Source: an uncultured virus (IMG/VR IMGVR_UViG_3300032397_003421)
Lineage: Duplodnaviria; Heunggongvirae; Uroviricota; Caudoviricetes
IMG/VR virus record: IMGVR_UViG_3300032397_003421
Direction: 5' to 3' (one strand)
Length of the DNA stretch: 64,000 nt
Shown: positions 1 through 9,110 of the stretch, piece after piece
How positions within the stretch are numbered: the first letter of the stretch is position 1
Layout: every line of letters starts with the position of its first letter
Program-made: the position numbers and the translations under genes
Notes under the pieces: generated by a model
Told to the model about the DNA's origin: nothing
Database searches by the model: none
What the model saw: only the letters and a program-made list of their open reading frames with translations

Positions 1-239
1 TATACATGATGATCTTTATCTTTAGTTAAATACATTGGAACTAAAACCCCATCACCCTGTCTAGAAGTCATAATAATTTTATCAATTACTATTCTACCAT
101 TACAAGATTCTAGTATATCCCCTTCTTTAAATTTTGGTTTATATTTTGTAGAGCACTTTAATACACTATTTACACCACCGTATTTTTTTTCTAATTGTTC
201 ATATTCTTCCGTACTTATTTTAATAGTTTCTATTTCCAT
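1..239 (-). CDS. hypothetical protein, truncated by window edge (MEIETIKISTEEYEQLEKKYGG...)
   Basis: Manually translated open frame from ATG at 239 to window start, preceded by GAGG. Confidence 0.55.
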   Translation of the reverse strand, partial: MEIETIKISTEEYEQLEKKYGGVNSVLKCSTKYKPKFKEGDILESCNGRIVIDKIIMTSRQGDGVLVPMYLTKDKDHHV

Positions 240-317
240 TTCTTTTTTTCCTCTTTAGCTTTTATTTTGAATTTAAAGTTTTTCATAAAATTTTGTGCTG
301 TGGAAAATGCAATCTCT

Positions 318-1538
318 TTAGAGTTGCATAGGAACAGCACATACCTCCATTATATAATTTTTTCTTGCACTAATTCTCTCTAAATATTTCTTTGCATTCC
401 AACTTTTATTAAAAATATTTCCTAAAATATCCATTATAACAAATGCTCCTGAACTTCTTTTCCCCTTAATAAAACCAATACCTTCGGGGGTTTTTACTTT
501 GTCAAATTTCTTAAATCCAAATAATTTTCCAGTTGGTATTTTCTTTTCACTTCTAATACCCTTCGTTTGTTGATAGTCACCTTTAGCTACATTTTTCTTA
601 ATGAAATAATAATTCAAATCTTTAATTATTTCACTATCACTACAACAAATAGCAATAGCATCATTACAATGTGATTTAGATAATTGCAATATTTGTTCTC
701 TCTTGAATTTAGTTTCATACCCAAAAGTTTCAACAAAATCACCAAATTTCTTTTTAAGTTGTGATTTGGTAATCCCAATTTCAGTAGCATGTTTAGTTAT
801 AGATTTTTTACCTTTTATTTCAAATTCACCTTTGTGTAATTTGTCATGACAACCTTCACATAAAGTAATTAAATTTTCTGGAGAATCTGTTCCCCCATTA
901 CTTCTAAAAATAATATGATGAACATGCAGTTTACTTTTTTTAGTTTTACAATGTTGACATGTAAATCCATCTCTATCGAGAATAAACGCCTTTACATTAT
1001 AAAATCCTTTCTGTTGCCCTTTCTGATAATCTTTAACTTCAGAATTACTTATTTTATGAATATCAAAACTTGCTAATTCTAAAATCCATTTAGAGACAGG
1101 GAGTAACTTTTCAATAAATTTCTTTTCTCTTAAATGAGAATTTAATTTGCTTAAAAGTGAAGGAGCAAGTCTATCTTTTCTAAGGGAATTTGCTCGGTTA
1201 TTCCATCTTGCTTCTCTGTATCTTGTTTTTCTTCCTCTTCTGTTTCTTCTGTACATTTTTCTTTGTTCCATCTTTTTTGAAACATCTTGACGAATAAACG
1301 TTTCTGATTTGTACAAAACTTTACCATTTGAAATACAAGCTGTTCCAATAACCTTGCTTCCTGTGTCCATTCCTGCAATCACTTCTTGTTTATAGTTTGT
1401 TGTCTCTATTAACATTTTAATAGTGAATGGCGTTTTTTTAATTGCTTTAGCTTTACCTTCTTTTAACAATATTCTTGCTATTGATGGTTTTGTGGGCATT
1501 AAAGGTTTCCCTTCTTTGTTTAAAACATAAACTAACAT
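318..1538 (-). CDS. iscB: IscB RNA-guided endonuclease (probable start ATG 1538, MLVYVLNKEGKPLMP)
   Basis: PLMP motif, RuvC-I GMDTG, R-rich bridge helix RRNRRGRKTRYR, RuvC-II LELASFD, HNH HVHHIIFRSNGG..NLITLCEGCH, RuvC-III SHCNDA; GGAGG RBS before 1538. Confidence 0.95.
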   Translation of the reverse strand: MLVYVLNKEGKPLMPTKPSIARILLKEGKAKAIKKTPFTIKMLIETTNYKQEVIAGMDTGSKVIGTACISNGKVLYKSETFIRQDVSKKMEQRKMYRRNRRGRKTRYREARWNNRANSLRKDRLAPSLLSKLNSHLREKKFIEKLLPVSKWILELASFDIHKISNSEVKDYQKGQQKGFYNVKAFILDRDGFTCQHCKTKKSKLHVHHIIFRSNGGTDSPENLITLCEGCHDKLHKGEFEIKGKKSITKHATEIGITKSQLKKKFGDFVETFGYETKFKREQILQLSKSHCNDAIAICCSDSEIIKDLNYYFIKKNVAKGDYQQTKGIRSEKKIPTGKLFGFKKFDKVKTPEGIGFIKGKRSSGAFVIMDILGNIFNKSWNAKKYLERISARKNYIMEVCAVPMQL

Positions 1539-1544
1539 CTTAGT

Positions 1545-1828
1545 TAAATCCTCCTTTCGGGTAATGTGTATCAAAAGCATTGAGGTTACTTTTGAATCCA
1601 ACGTCCTCTCGAAGAGATGATGAAGAGTTTAACGACATAAGCACTATTCCTAACACATCAGAATTGTTTAACTTATATCCTAAGAGGTCAGAACTGAGGC
1701 GACATCCTAACGTTACTATTTTCTTCTCATCGTTTATCAAACTTTCTCCCCCATTTGATCTTCTGGTAAACAAGCATCTTTAATTTTAAATTTTAAAGAT
1801 ACAACTCTTTAGAGTTGTGTTTATTTAC
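1545..1828 (-). ncRNA. omega-RNA (HEARO-like) scaffold of IscB
   Basis: About 280 nt of relatively GC-rich non-coding sequence between the element end hairpin and iscB start, with HEARO-like segments (GTAAATAAAC-hairpin, TTTACCAG, GGATGTCGCCTCAGTTCT, TTAAACA, CGAGAGG, ATTACCC). Confidence 0.8.
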
Positions 1829-2045
1829 TATTTATTCTATATCCTTAGAGTTAGCTACTAAGATAACAAGAATTATAATAGCTAAAGTCATAACAATAAT
1901 CAAATCTTTCATCTTTTCTCCTTATTTTTAAATAATAATTTCCATTTTTATACTTTATCAAATTTACAAAACCCCATTTCTTATGGATAAAATTATTGAT
2001 TTACTTTTTATCCAATGGACATAAAAGTACAATCTCTTTATAGAA

Positions 2046-2612
2046 TTATATTATTTGAATTAACATATCTCTATAAAAATCATCATAAGTATAATTAGTA
2101 GACCATATACCATTAGACCACATTATTTTTTCCCACCATCTCTTACTTCCTTCATATCCAATAAATTCTCCACTGATGAGGTCAAGTCCATTGTCAATTC
2201 TATTATGAAAGAAACGTCCCATAAGGATAACGTTGTTTCTATTATATATTTGCTTTGGCGCCTGTGCCCGGCTCACAATATGTGCACCATCCGTAAATTT
2301 TTGAAATAACCAAAATCCTTCTTGTTGCTCTACTATTTTTAATTCTTGAACAGTTAATATTTTCATAACTAAACATGAATAATCTCGTATTATTAAATCT
2401 CTTTTTAATGCTTCCCACTCCCAATCTTTTTCTATGTGTTCTTTTTCATATTCTTTAGTTTTTTTATCTACATATTTTTTATAACATTGAATTTGTTTTG
2501 AATCTTTCTCACATTGTTTAGATTTAAATGTTTGACGTAAACATCTACCTTCTCTACACTTTTCAATAAAATCAACTTCACTTAATATTTTAAGCTTATA
2601 TAGTTCTGTCAT
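2046..2612 (-). CDS. putative HNH (NinG/Rap-like) endonuclease
   Basis: IRDYSC...DGAHIVSR...NNVILMGRFFHNRID has H-N-H spacing. Confidence 0.5.
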   Translation of the reverse strand: MTELYKLKILSEVDFIEKCREGRCLRQTFKSKQCEKDSKQIQCYKKYVDKKTKEYEKEHIEKDWEWEALKRDLIIRDYSCLVMKILTVQELKIVEQQEGFWLFQKFTDGAHIVSRAQAPKQIYNRNNVILMGRFFHNRIDNGLDLISGEFIGYEGSKRWWEKIMWSNGIWSTNYTYDDFYRDMLIQII

Positions 2613-2816
2613 TCTTTCTCTTACAATAATTTTTGCAAAATTTTAACACTTGAAAATCTGATAGATTATCTTTCCATTTTTTTACAACCACATACTTTTT
2701 CATATCTTTCCCCTAGCCACAATTATCTATCTCTTACATCATCATATCTGTTATGAAATTCAGATATAACTTTTAAATATTTATCTACTTCTTCTCTTAA
2801 ATTTTGATTTTCGATT

Positions 2817-4162
2817 GTGAACTTAACACAACTCTAAAGAGTTGTATCTTCCTGCTCTGAGTGTCTAATAACTTGCTCATATCTAACAGGCGTTAATTTC
2901 CTCTGTTCCGGAGGTATTTAATTTTAAAAGTGGGTAATCCACTTTAGTTAAACCAAAATTCTTAATATTTATAGCAGCATTAATATCTCTATCATGAGTT
3001 TCACCACAATCACAAGTCCATTGTCTATCTGATAATGTCAAATTATTATTTAACATTCCGCAAGAATGACATAATTTAGTTGATGGGTCAAAACGACCAA
3101 TAGAGATTATGGTTTTACCATACCAATTAGCTTTGTAATTTAATTGTCTAACAAACTCAGACCAGCTAACATCACTTATTGCTTTAGCTAATTTGTGATT
3201 TTTAACCATATTAGATACTGCTAAATCCTCAATACAAATAGTTTGGTTTTCACTAATTATTTTTGAAGAAAGTTTGTGCAAGAAGTCCTTACGCTGATTA
3301 GTAATTTTTTGATGAGTTCTTGCTACTTTAATTCTACTTTTATTTTTATTATTACTTCCTTTTGTTTTATGACTATATTTTCTTTGAGCTTTCTTTAACT
3401 TCTTTTCTGATTTCTTCAAGTGTTTAGGATTAGAAATCTTTTCTCCATTACTTGTTACTAAAAAATCCTTAATTCCCAAGTCAATACCAATAGTAGTTTT
3501 CTCGTTTACTGTCTTTGGTTCAATTATATTATCTGTTGTCTCAACAAGAATAATAGCAAAATATTGGCCAGAAGGATTTTTAGAAATAGTTAATGTTTTT
3601 TCTTTTCCTTCGTATAATCTGTGTTGAATTATTTTAATTCCTTCTTTTAATTTAGGAATATATAATATTCCTTCTTCTATTTTATAATGTTGAGGAATTT
3701 GAAAACTTTTATGATTATCGTGTTTCTTTTTAAATTTAGGAAAACCCTTTTTATTACGGAAAAAATTCTTAAAAGCTATATCTAAATTTCTCATTTCCAT
3801 TTGAAGAGATTGAGAATTTATTTCATTTAACCAAGGATATTCTTTTTTGAGTTCTGGTATTTTGTTGTTTAATTCAATCCATGATATACTTTTCTTGGTA
3901 TTAGTATAATGTTTAGTTTTAGCGTCAAGACCCCAATTATATAAGAAACGTGTAGAACCAAAGTGTTTAGCTAAAAACACTTTCTGTTCTTTGTTGGGGT
4001 AAATGCGATATTTATAACCTTTCTGTATCATATTTATATATTAACCAATTATTTATAAAAATAAACAAATTTTTCTTAAATTTTAACATTTTTTTAAAAA
4101 AACTTAAATTACTTCGCCTTATATACACACCTCTAAAGAGGGTGTATTTTTATGGCAGTTTT
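2817..4162 (-). mobile_element. IS605/IS1341-type solo tnpB element
   Basis: Right end ...TTAAGTTCAC at 2817 with hairpin ACAACTCTAAAGAGTTGT; left-end hairpin TACACACCTCTAAAGAGGGTGTA; TTTAT immediately outside the left end (boundary uncertain by about 2 nt). Confidence 0.85.
2883..4031 (-). CDS. tnpB: TnpB RNA-guided nuclease
   Basis: KGYKYRIYPN N-terminus, RuvC IGIDLG / IEDL / HDRDINAA, zinc finger CHSC..CDC. Confidence 0.95.
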   Translation of the reverse strand: MIQKGYKYRIYPNKEQKVFLAKHFGSTRFLYNWGLDAKTKHYTNTKKSISWIELNNKIPELKKEYPWLNEINSQSLQMEMRNLDIAFKNFFRNKKGFPKFKKKHDNHKSFQIPQHYKIEEGILYIPKLKEGIKIIQHRLYEGKEKTLTISKNPSGQYFAIILVETTDNIIEPKTVNEKTTIGIDLGIKDFLVTSNGEKISNPKHLKKSEKKLKKAQRKYSHKTKGSNNKNKSRIKVARTHQKITNQRKDFLHKLSSKIISENQTICIEDLAVSNMVKNHKLAKAISDVSWSEFVRQLNYKANWYGKTIISIGRFDPSTKLCHSCGMLNNNLTLSDRQWTCDCGETHDRDINAAINIKNFGLTKVDYPLLKLNTSGTEEINAC

Positions 4163-4216
4163 ATAAAGTTCTAATCTTTCCTCAATTTCTTTTATGGTTT
4201 TCATTTTTTTCTCCTT

Positions 4217-4951
4217 TTAATAATTTTCTGCTTCTAATTTAGTTATAAAAAAATGTATTCCAGAAGAACACTTTTCCCATCTATTTTCATCAAACTTATC
4301 TACAGTAATAAATTCACCAACTCTATATACAATAGAAGAATTGTGTTGAGATCTTGCTTCTTTTGCTTCATATATTTCTAATACTTCTACAAATTCTGCT
4401 CTACATTTTCTACTAGTAGAATTACTTCTTTTAGATTCAGCATGAATTTTTAATTTAACTATAATATCATCTCTACATTTCTTATAACCTATTATATCTC
4501 CTTCTGCACATATAGAAGTATGAGATATTAATAATTCATTTAATTTTTGATCAGCTTCAGAAAAATTTGCTTCAGAAAAATTTGCTCCAAAAAGATTTGT
4601 TCTAAAAAAATTCACTCCAGAAAGATTTGCTTCAGAAAAATTTGCTCCAAAAAGATTTGCTCCAGAAAGATTCGCTCCAAAAAGATTTGCTCTAAAAAAA
4701 TTCACTCCAGAAAGATTTGCTCTAGAAAGATTTGCTTCAGAAAAATTTGCTCCAAAAAGATTTGCTCTAAAAAAATTTGCTCCAAAAAGATTTGCTCCAG
4801 AAAAATCTACTTCAAAAAAATCTACTCCAGAAAAATCTACTCCAGAAAGATCTACTCCAGAAAGATCTACTCCAGAAAGATTTGCTTTTATTCCACCTAT
4901 TTCATTTTTACTCCATTTTAAATGATTTTCCAATATTAATTTTAAATCCAT
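4217..4951 (-). CDS. pentapeptide-repeat protein with DUF5758-like C-terminal domain
   Basis: About 22 A(N/D)LxG-type repeats followed by IGYKKC...RKCRAE...CSSGIHFF. Confidence 0.85.
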   Translation of the reverse strand: MDLKLILENHLKWSKNEIGGIKANLSGVDLSGVDLSGVDFSGVDFFEVDFSGANLFGANFFRANLFGANFSEANLSRANLSGVNFFRANLFGANLSGANLFGANFSEANLSGVNFFRTNLFGANFSEANFSEADQKLNELLISHTSICAEGDIIGYKKCRDDIIVKLKIHAESKRSNSTSRKCRAEFVEVLEIYEAKEARSQHNSSIVYRVGEFITVDKFDENRWEKCSSGIHFFITKLEAENY

Positions 4952-5002
4952 TTTTATTTTCTCCTCCTTTTAATTTTCTTATTTATAATATATAAAAAAT
5001 TA

Positions 5003-5035
5003 AACTTCCATTCTTAAAGTTTAAGAATGGAAGTT
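5003..5035. terminator. stem-loop, probable terminator after 5051..6553
   Basis: AACTTCCATTCTTAA / TTAAGAATGGAAGTT 15-bp inverted repeat. Confidence 0.6.
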
Positions 5036-5050
5036 ATAGTTAATTAAATC

Positions 5051-6553
5051 TTAGCTTAAAAATTTACCACATACTGGACAAGTATTAACTTCAACTGGTA
5101 CCATTGTTACAATATGGGTATTTTTAAAGAAGCAACTTTCATCTGAACATCCAAGAGGAGTACTATCTTTATAAGAAGGTATAGTTCCCTCAAATTTAGT
5201 AATAAATCCTACCATGAAATTTTTATCTTCATCTGAAAGTTTTTCCCAATTTAGAAAATTAATTTTACATAAAGATTCAATATCAGAATTTACTGATTCT
5301 GTTTTTACTTCTCTTCTTTTTGCTTCTGTCTTTTGTTCTTCTACTGGAGGAATAAATGTATTAGATTGTTTAGCTACAAAAATATCATAACCACCTTTAC
5401 TTACTTCTTTGATATTTGTATCACTTTCTATAAGTTCATGAAGATCCTCTTTAGAAGTAATACCGTGAGAATTATCAACTTCATTAATGTAATAGTATTC
5501 TTGATCTTTTGCTGATTCAACCTCTTCAATTTTACAAAGTTCCTCAAGTTCTTTTTCAAATGAAGTTCCAAGTTCTACATCACAAAGTTTGAATAAAGGA
5601 GTAAGATGTTTTTTAAGTTTTCTATAAGAAGACACTCTATACAACTTATCTAAATCATAAAGAGTATATTGTTTTTCTTCTTCCGATATTCTTGTTTTTA
5701 CTCCAATACTATTAGAAGCTTCTAATATATATTTAGGATAATCAGTAATGTCGAAAACTTTATAATCTTTCTCAATTTTTGTAATAACAAGATCAATGTC
5801 CATAGTTCCTATAGCAGAACAATGTTCAAAAATTTTATCATATAGCGTTGAAGGAATTCCAGTATCTGTAAAATAAATTACTTTTTTAGATCCATCAACT
5901 TGAAGAATCTCAAATGGGGCTTTTTTAGCAGAAAGTATTTTTGCATGTTTATTTTCTTTACACCAAGTATCATGTCTATCAATCCAATTACATACTACTC
6001 TTTTAGATGGATAAAAAGATTTAGGATATTTTTCTCCTATTTTACAGTTTGTTTCCACTTCTTCAAATATTTTTGTACGAATATTAGATTTGACCCATTC
6101 TCCATTTTTTCCTTTAATATTAAGATGATCTACTGGATATATATTTCCTTTTTCATCTTTAAGAATACCATCAGAAAATTTAATCCATTTACCTTCATTT
6201 ATTTTATCATAAAATTTTGTAAGAATCCAATTTGGATCTGGTAAATATTTACCATTTTTTTCAACTATTGGCCAATTAACTTTAATATAACCTTTTTTAT
6301 CTGGTTTTACAATAGAAGATTGAAGAACTAACTTAGGATCAGTTGAAAGTTTACGTTGTTCAATAGGATTACCTATTATTCTTCCTACAATTTCTTGATG
6401 AGCAATAAGACCAGTTATTTCAATATCTTCATATTCTACCCCAGCCCAATTACTATTAGTTTTTACTGCTTCTTGTTCTGCTGCTTGTACTTTTCTTTTT
6501 GCGAGCGCTTGTGCAAATACATCATCGATTTGAGTCATGTTTTGTTCAGTCAT
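5051..6553 (-). CDS. 500-aa hypothetical protein with C-terminal Zn-ribbon (possibly ssDNA-binding/replication)
   Basis: Long ORF with GAGG RBS; CSDESC...CPVC at C-terminus; function is only a guess. Confidence 0.5.
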   Translation of the reverse strand: MTEQNMTQIDDVFAQALAKRKVQAAEQEAVKTNSNWAGVEYEDIEITGLIAHQEIVGRIIGNPIEQRKLSTDPKLVLQSSIVKPDKKGYIKVNWPIVEKNGKYLPDPNWILTKFYDKINEGKWIKFSDGILKDEKGNIYPVDHLNIKGKNGEWVKSNIRTKIFEEVETNCKIGEKYPKSFYPSKRVVCNWIDRHDTWCKENKHAKILSAKKAPFEILQVDGSKKVIYFTDTGIPSTLYDKIFEHCSAIGTMDIDLVITKIEKDYKVFDITDYPKYILEASNSIGVKTRISEEEKQYTLYDLDKLYRVSSYRKLKKHLTPLFKLCDVELGTSFEKELEELCKIEEVESAKDQEYYYINEVDNSHGITSKEDLHELIESDTNIKEVSKGGYDIFVAKQSNTFIPPVEEQKTEAKRREVKTESVNSDIESLCKINFLNWEKLSDEDKNFMVGFITKFEGTIPSYKDSTPLGCSDESCFFKNTHIVTMVPVEVNTCPVCGKFLS

Positions 6554-6670
6554 CTTTTTACCTCTTTTTTTTAATGTCTCAATTTGAGACTAAATCTTAT
6601 AGATGTTACACATGGTAACTTTTCTATTAGTAGATCTTAATTTTTTTTTATAACTTTCTATCATCACATA

Positions 6671-7168
6671 TTATGCCCCCTTTTCTCCTATAAATTTTTC
6701 TACTTCTAATATTTGATCAACTAAAGAATTACATTCTGCAACACAATAATCTAAATTACAAATATCTTTAGTATCTCCAGCATGAGCACAATCAAATCCA
6801 AACCACCAAAGATTGGATTCTATAGGATAGTTTAGTTTATCACCACCATCAGAAAAAGTTAATGATCCATGAACATTAAATAATATTCGTGGTTGCAGTT
6901 TCTCACCTTCCCAAAAAGCATAGGATAGTATTCCTCTTTTATCTGGAGTAGATTTTTTTAATGTTTCTAATAATATTGGATTTTGTAAGATTTCTGCTTC
7001 TTCATCATACTTAATTCCATATAGTATTAAATCTTTAGAAACTCCTACATATCCACAATGATGTTTTTGTCCCCAATCAACAGAAATAATTACACATCTT
7101 AATCCATTGTAAATATAATCTTTATCTACAATATAACTCATAGGCCTCCTCCACAACAAACAGAACAA
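6671..7168 (-). CDS. conserved phage hypothetical protein (likely start ATG 7141)
   Basis: HCGYVGV...VHGSLTFS...WWFGFDCAHAGD motif common in phages; GGAGG before MSYIV. Confidence 0.75.
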   Translation of the reverse strand: MFCLLWRRPMSYIVDKDYIYNGLRCVIISVDWGQKHHCGYVGVSKDLILYGIKYDEEAEILQNPILLETLKKSTPDKRGILSYAFWEGEKLQPRILFNVHGSLTFSDGGDKLNYPIESNLWWFGFDCAHAGDTKDICNLDYCVAECNSLVDQILEVEKFIGEKGA

Positions 7169-7202
7169 CTAGTATAATCTCAATCATAATATATGAATAT
7201 TA

Positions 7203-7288
7203 TATTATATAAAACAGTTAAAAAAAATTAAACTATAAATTATAATTTTTAAAAAATAGTTTAATTTTTTAATTTATTTTTATATTTT
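7203..7288. promoter_or_regulatory. divergent sigma70-like promoters (AG-TTTAAT-N17-TATAAT/TATTTT)
   Basis: Minus strand TTTAAT-17-TATAAT; plus strand TTTAAT(7260)-17-TATTTT; same motif at 21168 (+) and about 53011 (-). Confidence 0.55.
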
Positions 7289-7309
7289 ATTTATTAAAAG
7301 GAGAACTTA

Positions 7310-7876
7310 ATGAAAAGATATAAATCACAATTTATGGAAACTTTTGTAAATAATCAAGAAGATACAATGAAGATTATTACTAAAGTTTTAAAACAAAATA
7401 AAATAGATTTTTGTTTTATAGGTGGGGCGATACTTCCAGAATATGGATATAATAGAACTACAGAGGATATCGATATTCTCATATCAAAAAAAGATAAAGA
7501 AAAATTTTTAATGCTAACTGGAACTTATTTAAAAAGAAAATTTAAAGATGCTCAAAAATCTTTTTATTGGAACAACCCAAAAACACAAATAGATGTAATA
7601 TATAGTGGTGATCGAGCAGGAGATATGACTAAAGGAATTGAGTATAAAGAACCTTATGAAATAGATAAGATAAAAAATACTATTCCTAAACTTACTTTAG
7701 AAAATTTAATTCAATATAAATTATGTTCTGGTACTTATGGTAAAGGAAGAATGAAAGATTTTGGAGACATTCAGGAACTTATTGTTATAAATAATCTTCC
7801 AAAAAATTATGCAGATTTATTTAGAAAAGATCTAAAAAATAAATATATCGAAATTTGGATTGACGCAATGGAGTGA
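7310..7876 (+). CDS. Pol-beta-superfamily nucleotidyltransferase with MKRY leader
   Basis: FIGGAIL...RTTEDIDILI motif, C-terminal R-x-KD-x-x-D; N-terminus MKRYKSQFME. Confidence 0.75.
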   Translation: MKRYKSQFMETFVNNQEDTMKIITKVLKQNKIDFCFIGGAILPEYGYNRTTEDIDILISKKDKEKFLMLTGTYLKRKFKDAQKSFYWNNPKTQIDVIYSGDRAGDMTKGIEYKEPYEIDKIKNTIPKLTLENLIQYKLCSGTYGKGRMKDFGDIQELIVINNLPKNYADLFRKDLKNKYIEIWIDAME

Positions 7877-7919
7877 ACTTAACACAATTCTAAAGAGGGT
7901 GTATTTTTACGGCAGTTTT
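7873..7919 (-). mobile_element. 47-bp miniature derivative of the tnpB element (fused right and left ends)
   Basis: GTGAACTTAACACAA matches 2817-2831; CTAAAGAGGGTGTATTTTTAyGGCAGTTTTATAAA matches 4133-4167. Confidence 0.85.
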
Positions 7920-8108
7920 ATAAATAATTTTTAATAAAAGTTGCAAGAAATCTACAAAATTTTTAGCTTCGTAATAACTTACTAATATTTAATTATATTA
8001 ATAAACTAATTGTATTTATAAATTAGTTTATTATTTATATAAAAAAAAATAAAAAATATTAAATAATTCTTAATTTTGAAATGTTAAAATTATTAAAAGG
8101 AGAACTTA

Positions 8109-8465
8109 ATGAAAACAATAAAAAATAATAAAAAACAAAAAAATCGTTTACAAATACGATCTAAAAAAGAGTATGATAAACAAATACAAAATCTTTCACA
8201 TGAAACACAAAATTTTGGAGCTTATCTTTATTATAGAGATATTGATGAATTCTTCACAGAACAAAATAAACCATTTTATGATAAAGTAAATGCATATAGA
8301 CTATTCCTATTATTTGGTTTTATCTATATTAAAGAAATCAAAAAATGGAGAACAGAAAGAGAAGATCTACCAGAAAATGAAATGATGAAAATGTTAAAAA
8401 GCATCATAGAAGAATCTTTTCTTGTTTTCAACTATAAAAAGGAAGAAAAAAGTGAAATTTTATAA
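8109..8465 (+). CDS. hypothetical protein
   Basis: ORF with AGGAG RBS. Confidence 0.65.
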   Translation: MKTIKNNKKQKNRLQIRSKKEYDKQIQNLSHETQNFGAYLYYRDIDEFFTEQNKPFYDKVNAYRLFLLFGFIYIKEIKKWRTEREDLPENEMMKMLKSIIEESFLVFNYKKEEKSEIL

Positions 8466-8735
8466 AAAAAGTTGTAAAATAATAGATAAAAATATATAAA
8501 AACAATAAAAGTGTCATTTTTTTTAAAAATCACTTATACTAATAAATAATCAGAGGATATAATTTTCTCTGTTTACACAGAATCTAAACGCCTTGGAACG
8601 TGAGATTAGCAATAGATTACTAATTTAAAAAGAATATTTATTCTATTGTAAAAAACAAGTTTCTCCAAGGCTACTTGCTGTGTAGGCAATAGAATATTAT
8701 ATAACAAAAACCTCTGAATAACATCGGAGGTTTTT

Positions 8736-9110
8736 GTGTCTAATGAATTATTACAAAATCTAATAAATAAATTATCTAAAATGTCTTTAGAAGAAATAGC
8801 TCTTTTTTTATTAAGAGTTAATCAACCCGAAGCAGAAAAATTAATATCTAAAATCTCTATAGAAAAAAAGGACACTAAATTTTTTGGTGATTTAAACTTA
8901 TTAAAACCATTTCTTACAAAAGAAGGATTAACTGGTTCATGGAGAAAATCCAATGATGGATTATTTAATCAAATAATTTTTAAATTTGGTGGGAATATAA
9001 ATTTCTATAAAAACGGGACTATTTTAATTCAAGGATCTTCCAATATAAAACCGATTCTTAAATATAAACTTGAGAATGCATTAAAAAAATATTTTGCAAC
9101 TTTTATTTAA
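8736..9110 (+). CDS. hypothetical protein, possible TBP-like/RNase HIII N-terminal fold
   Basis: GGAGG+GTG start; INFYKNGTILIQG motif. Confidence 0.5.
   Translation: MSNELLQNLINKLSKMSLEEIALFLLRVNQPEAEKLISKISIEKKDTKFFGDLNLLKPFLTKEGLTGSWRKSNDGLFNQIIFKFGGNINFYKNGTILIQGSSNIKPILKYKLENALKKYFATFI

Larger units (their letters stand above)
287..1828 (-). mobile_element. IS200/IS605-superfamily IscB element (non-autonomous)
   Basis: Hairpins at both ends (ACAACTCTTTAGAGTTGT 1801-1818; TGCAATCTCTTTAGAGTTGCA 308-329), iscB ORF, omega-RNA, and 3' flank beginning ATGA on the minus strand. Confidence 0.85.

Noticed and set aside
1540..1783. ORFs 1540..1773 and 1580..1783, and the 21-aa N-terminal extension of IscB
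   Set aside because: They overlap the omega-RNA; the RBS supports the start at 1538.
4547..4995. Plus-strand repetitive ORFs 4547..4921 and 4777..4995; possible CRISPR-like array
   Set aside because: Antisense shadows of the 15-nt pentapeptide repeats, with no unique spacers.
4981..5006. Fifth copy of the AGTTTAATTTTT promoter motif (minus strand)
   Set aside because: Spacing to the TATATT box is far shorter than 17 nt and it overlaps a terminator stem, so it is not counted as a promoter.
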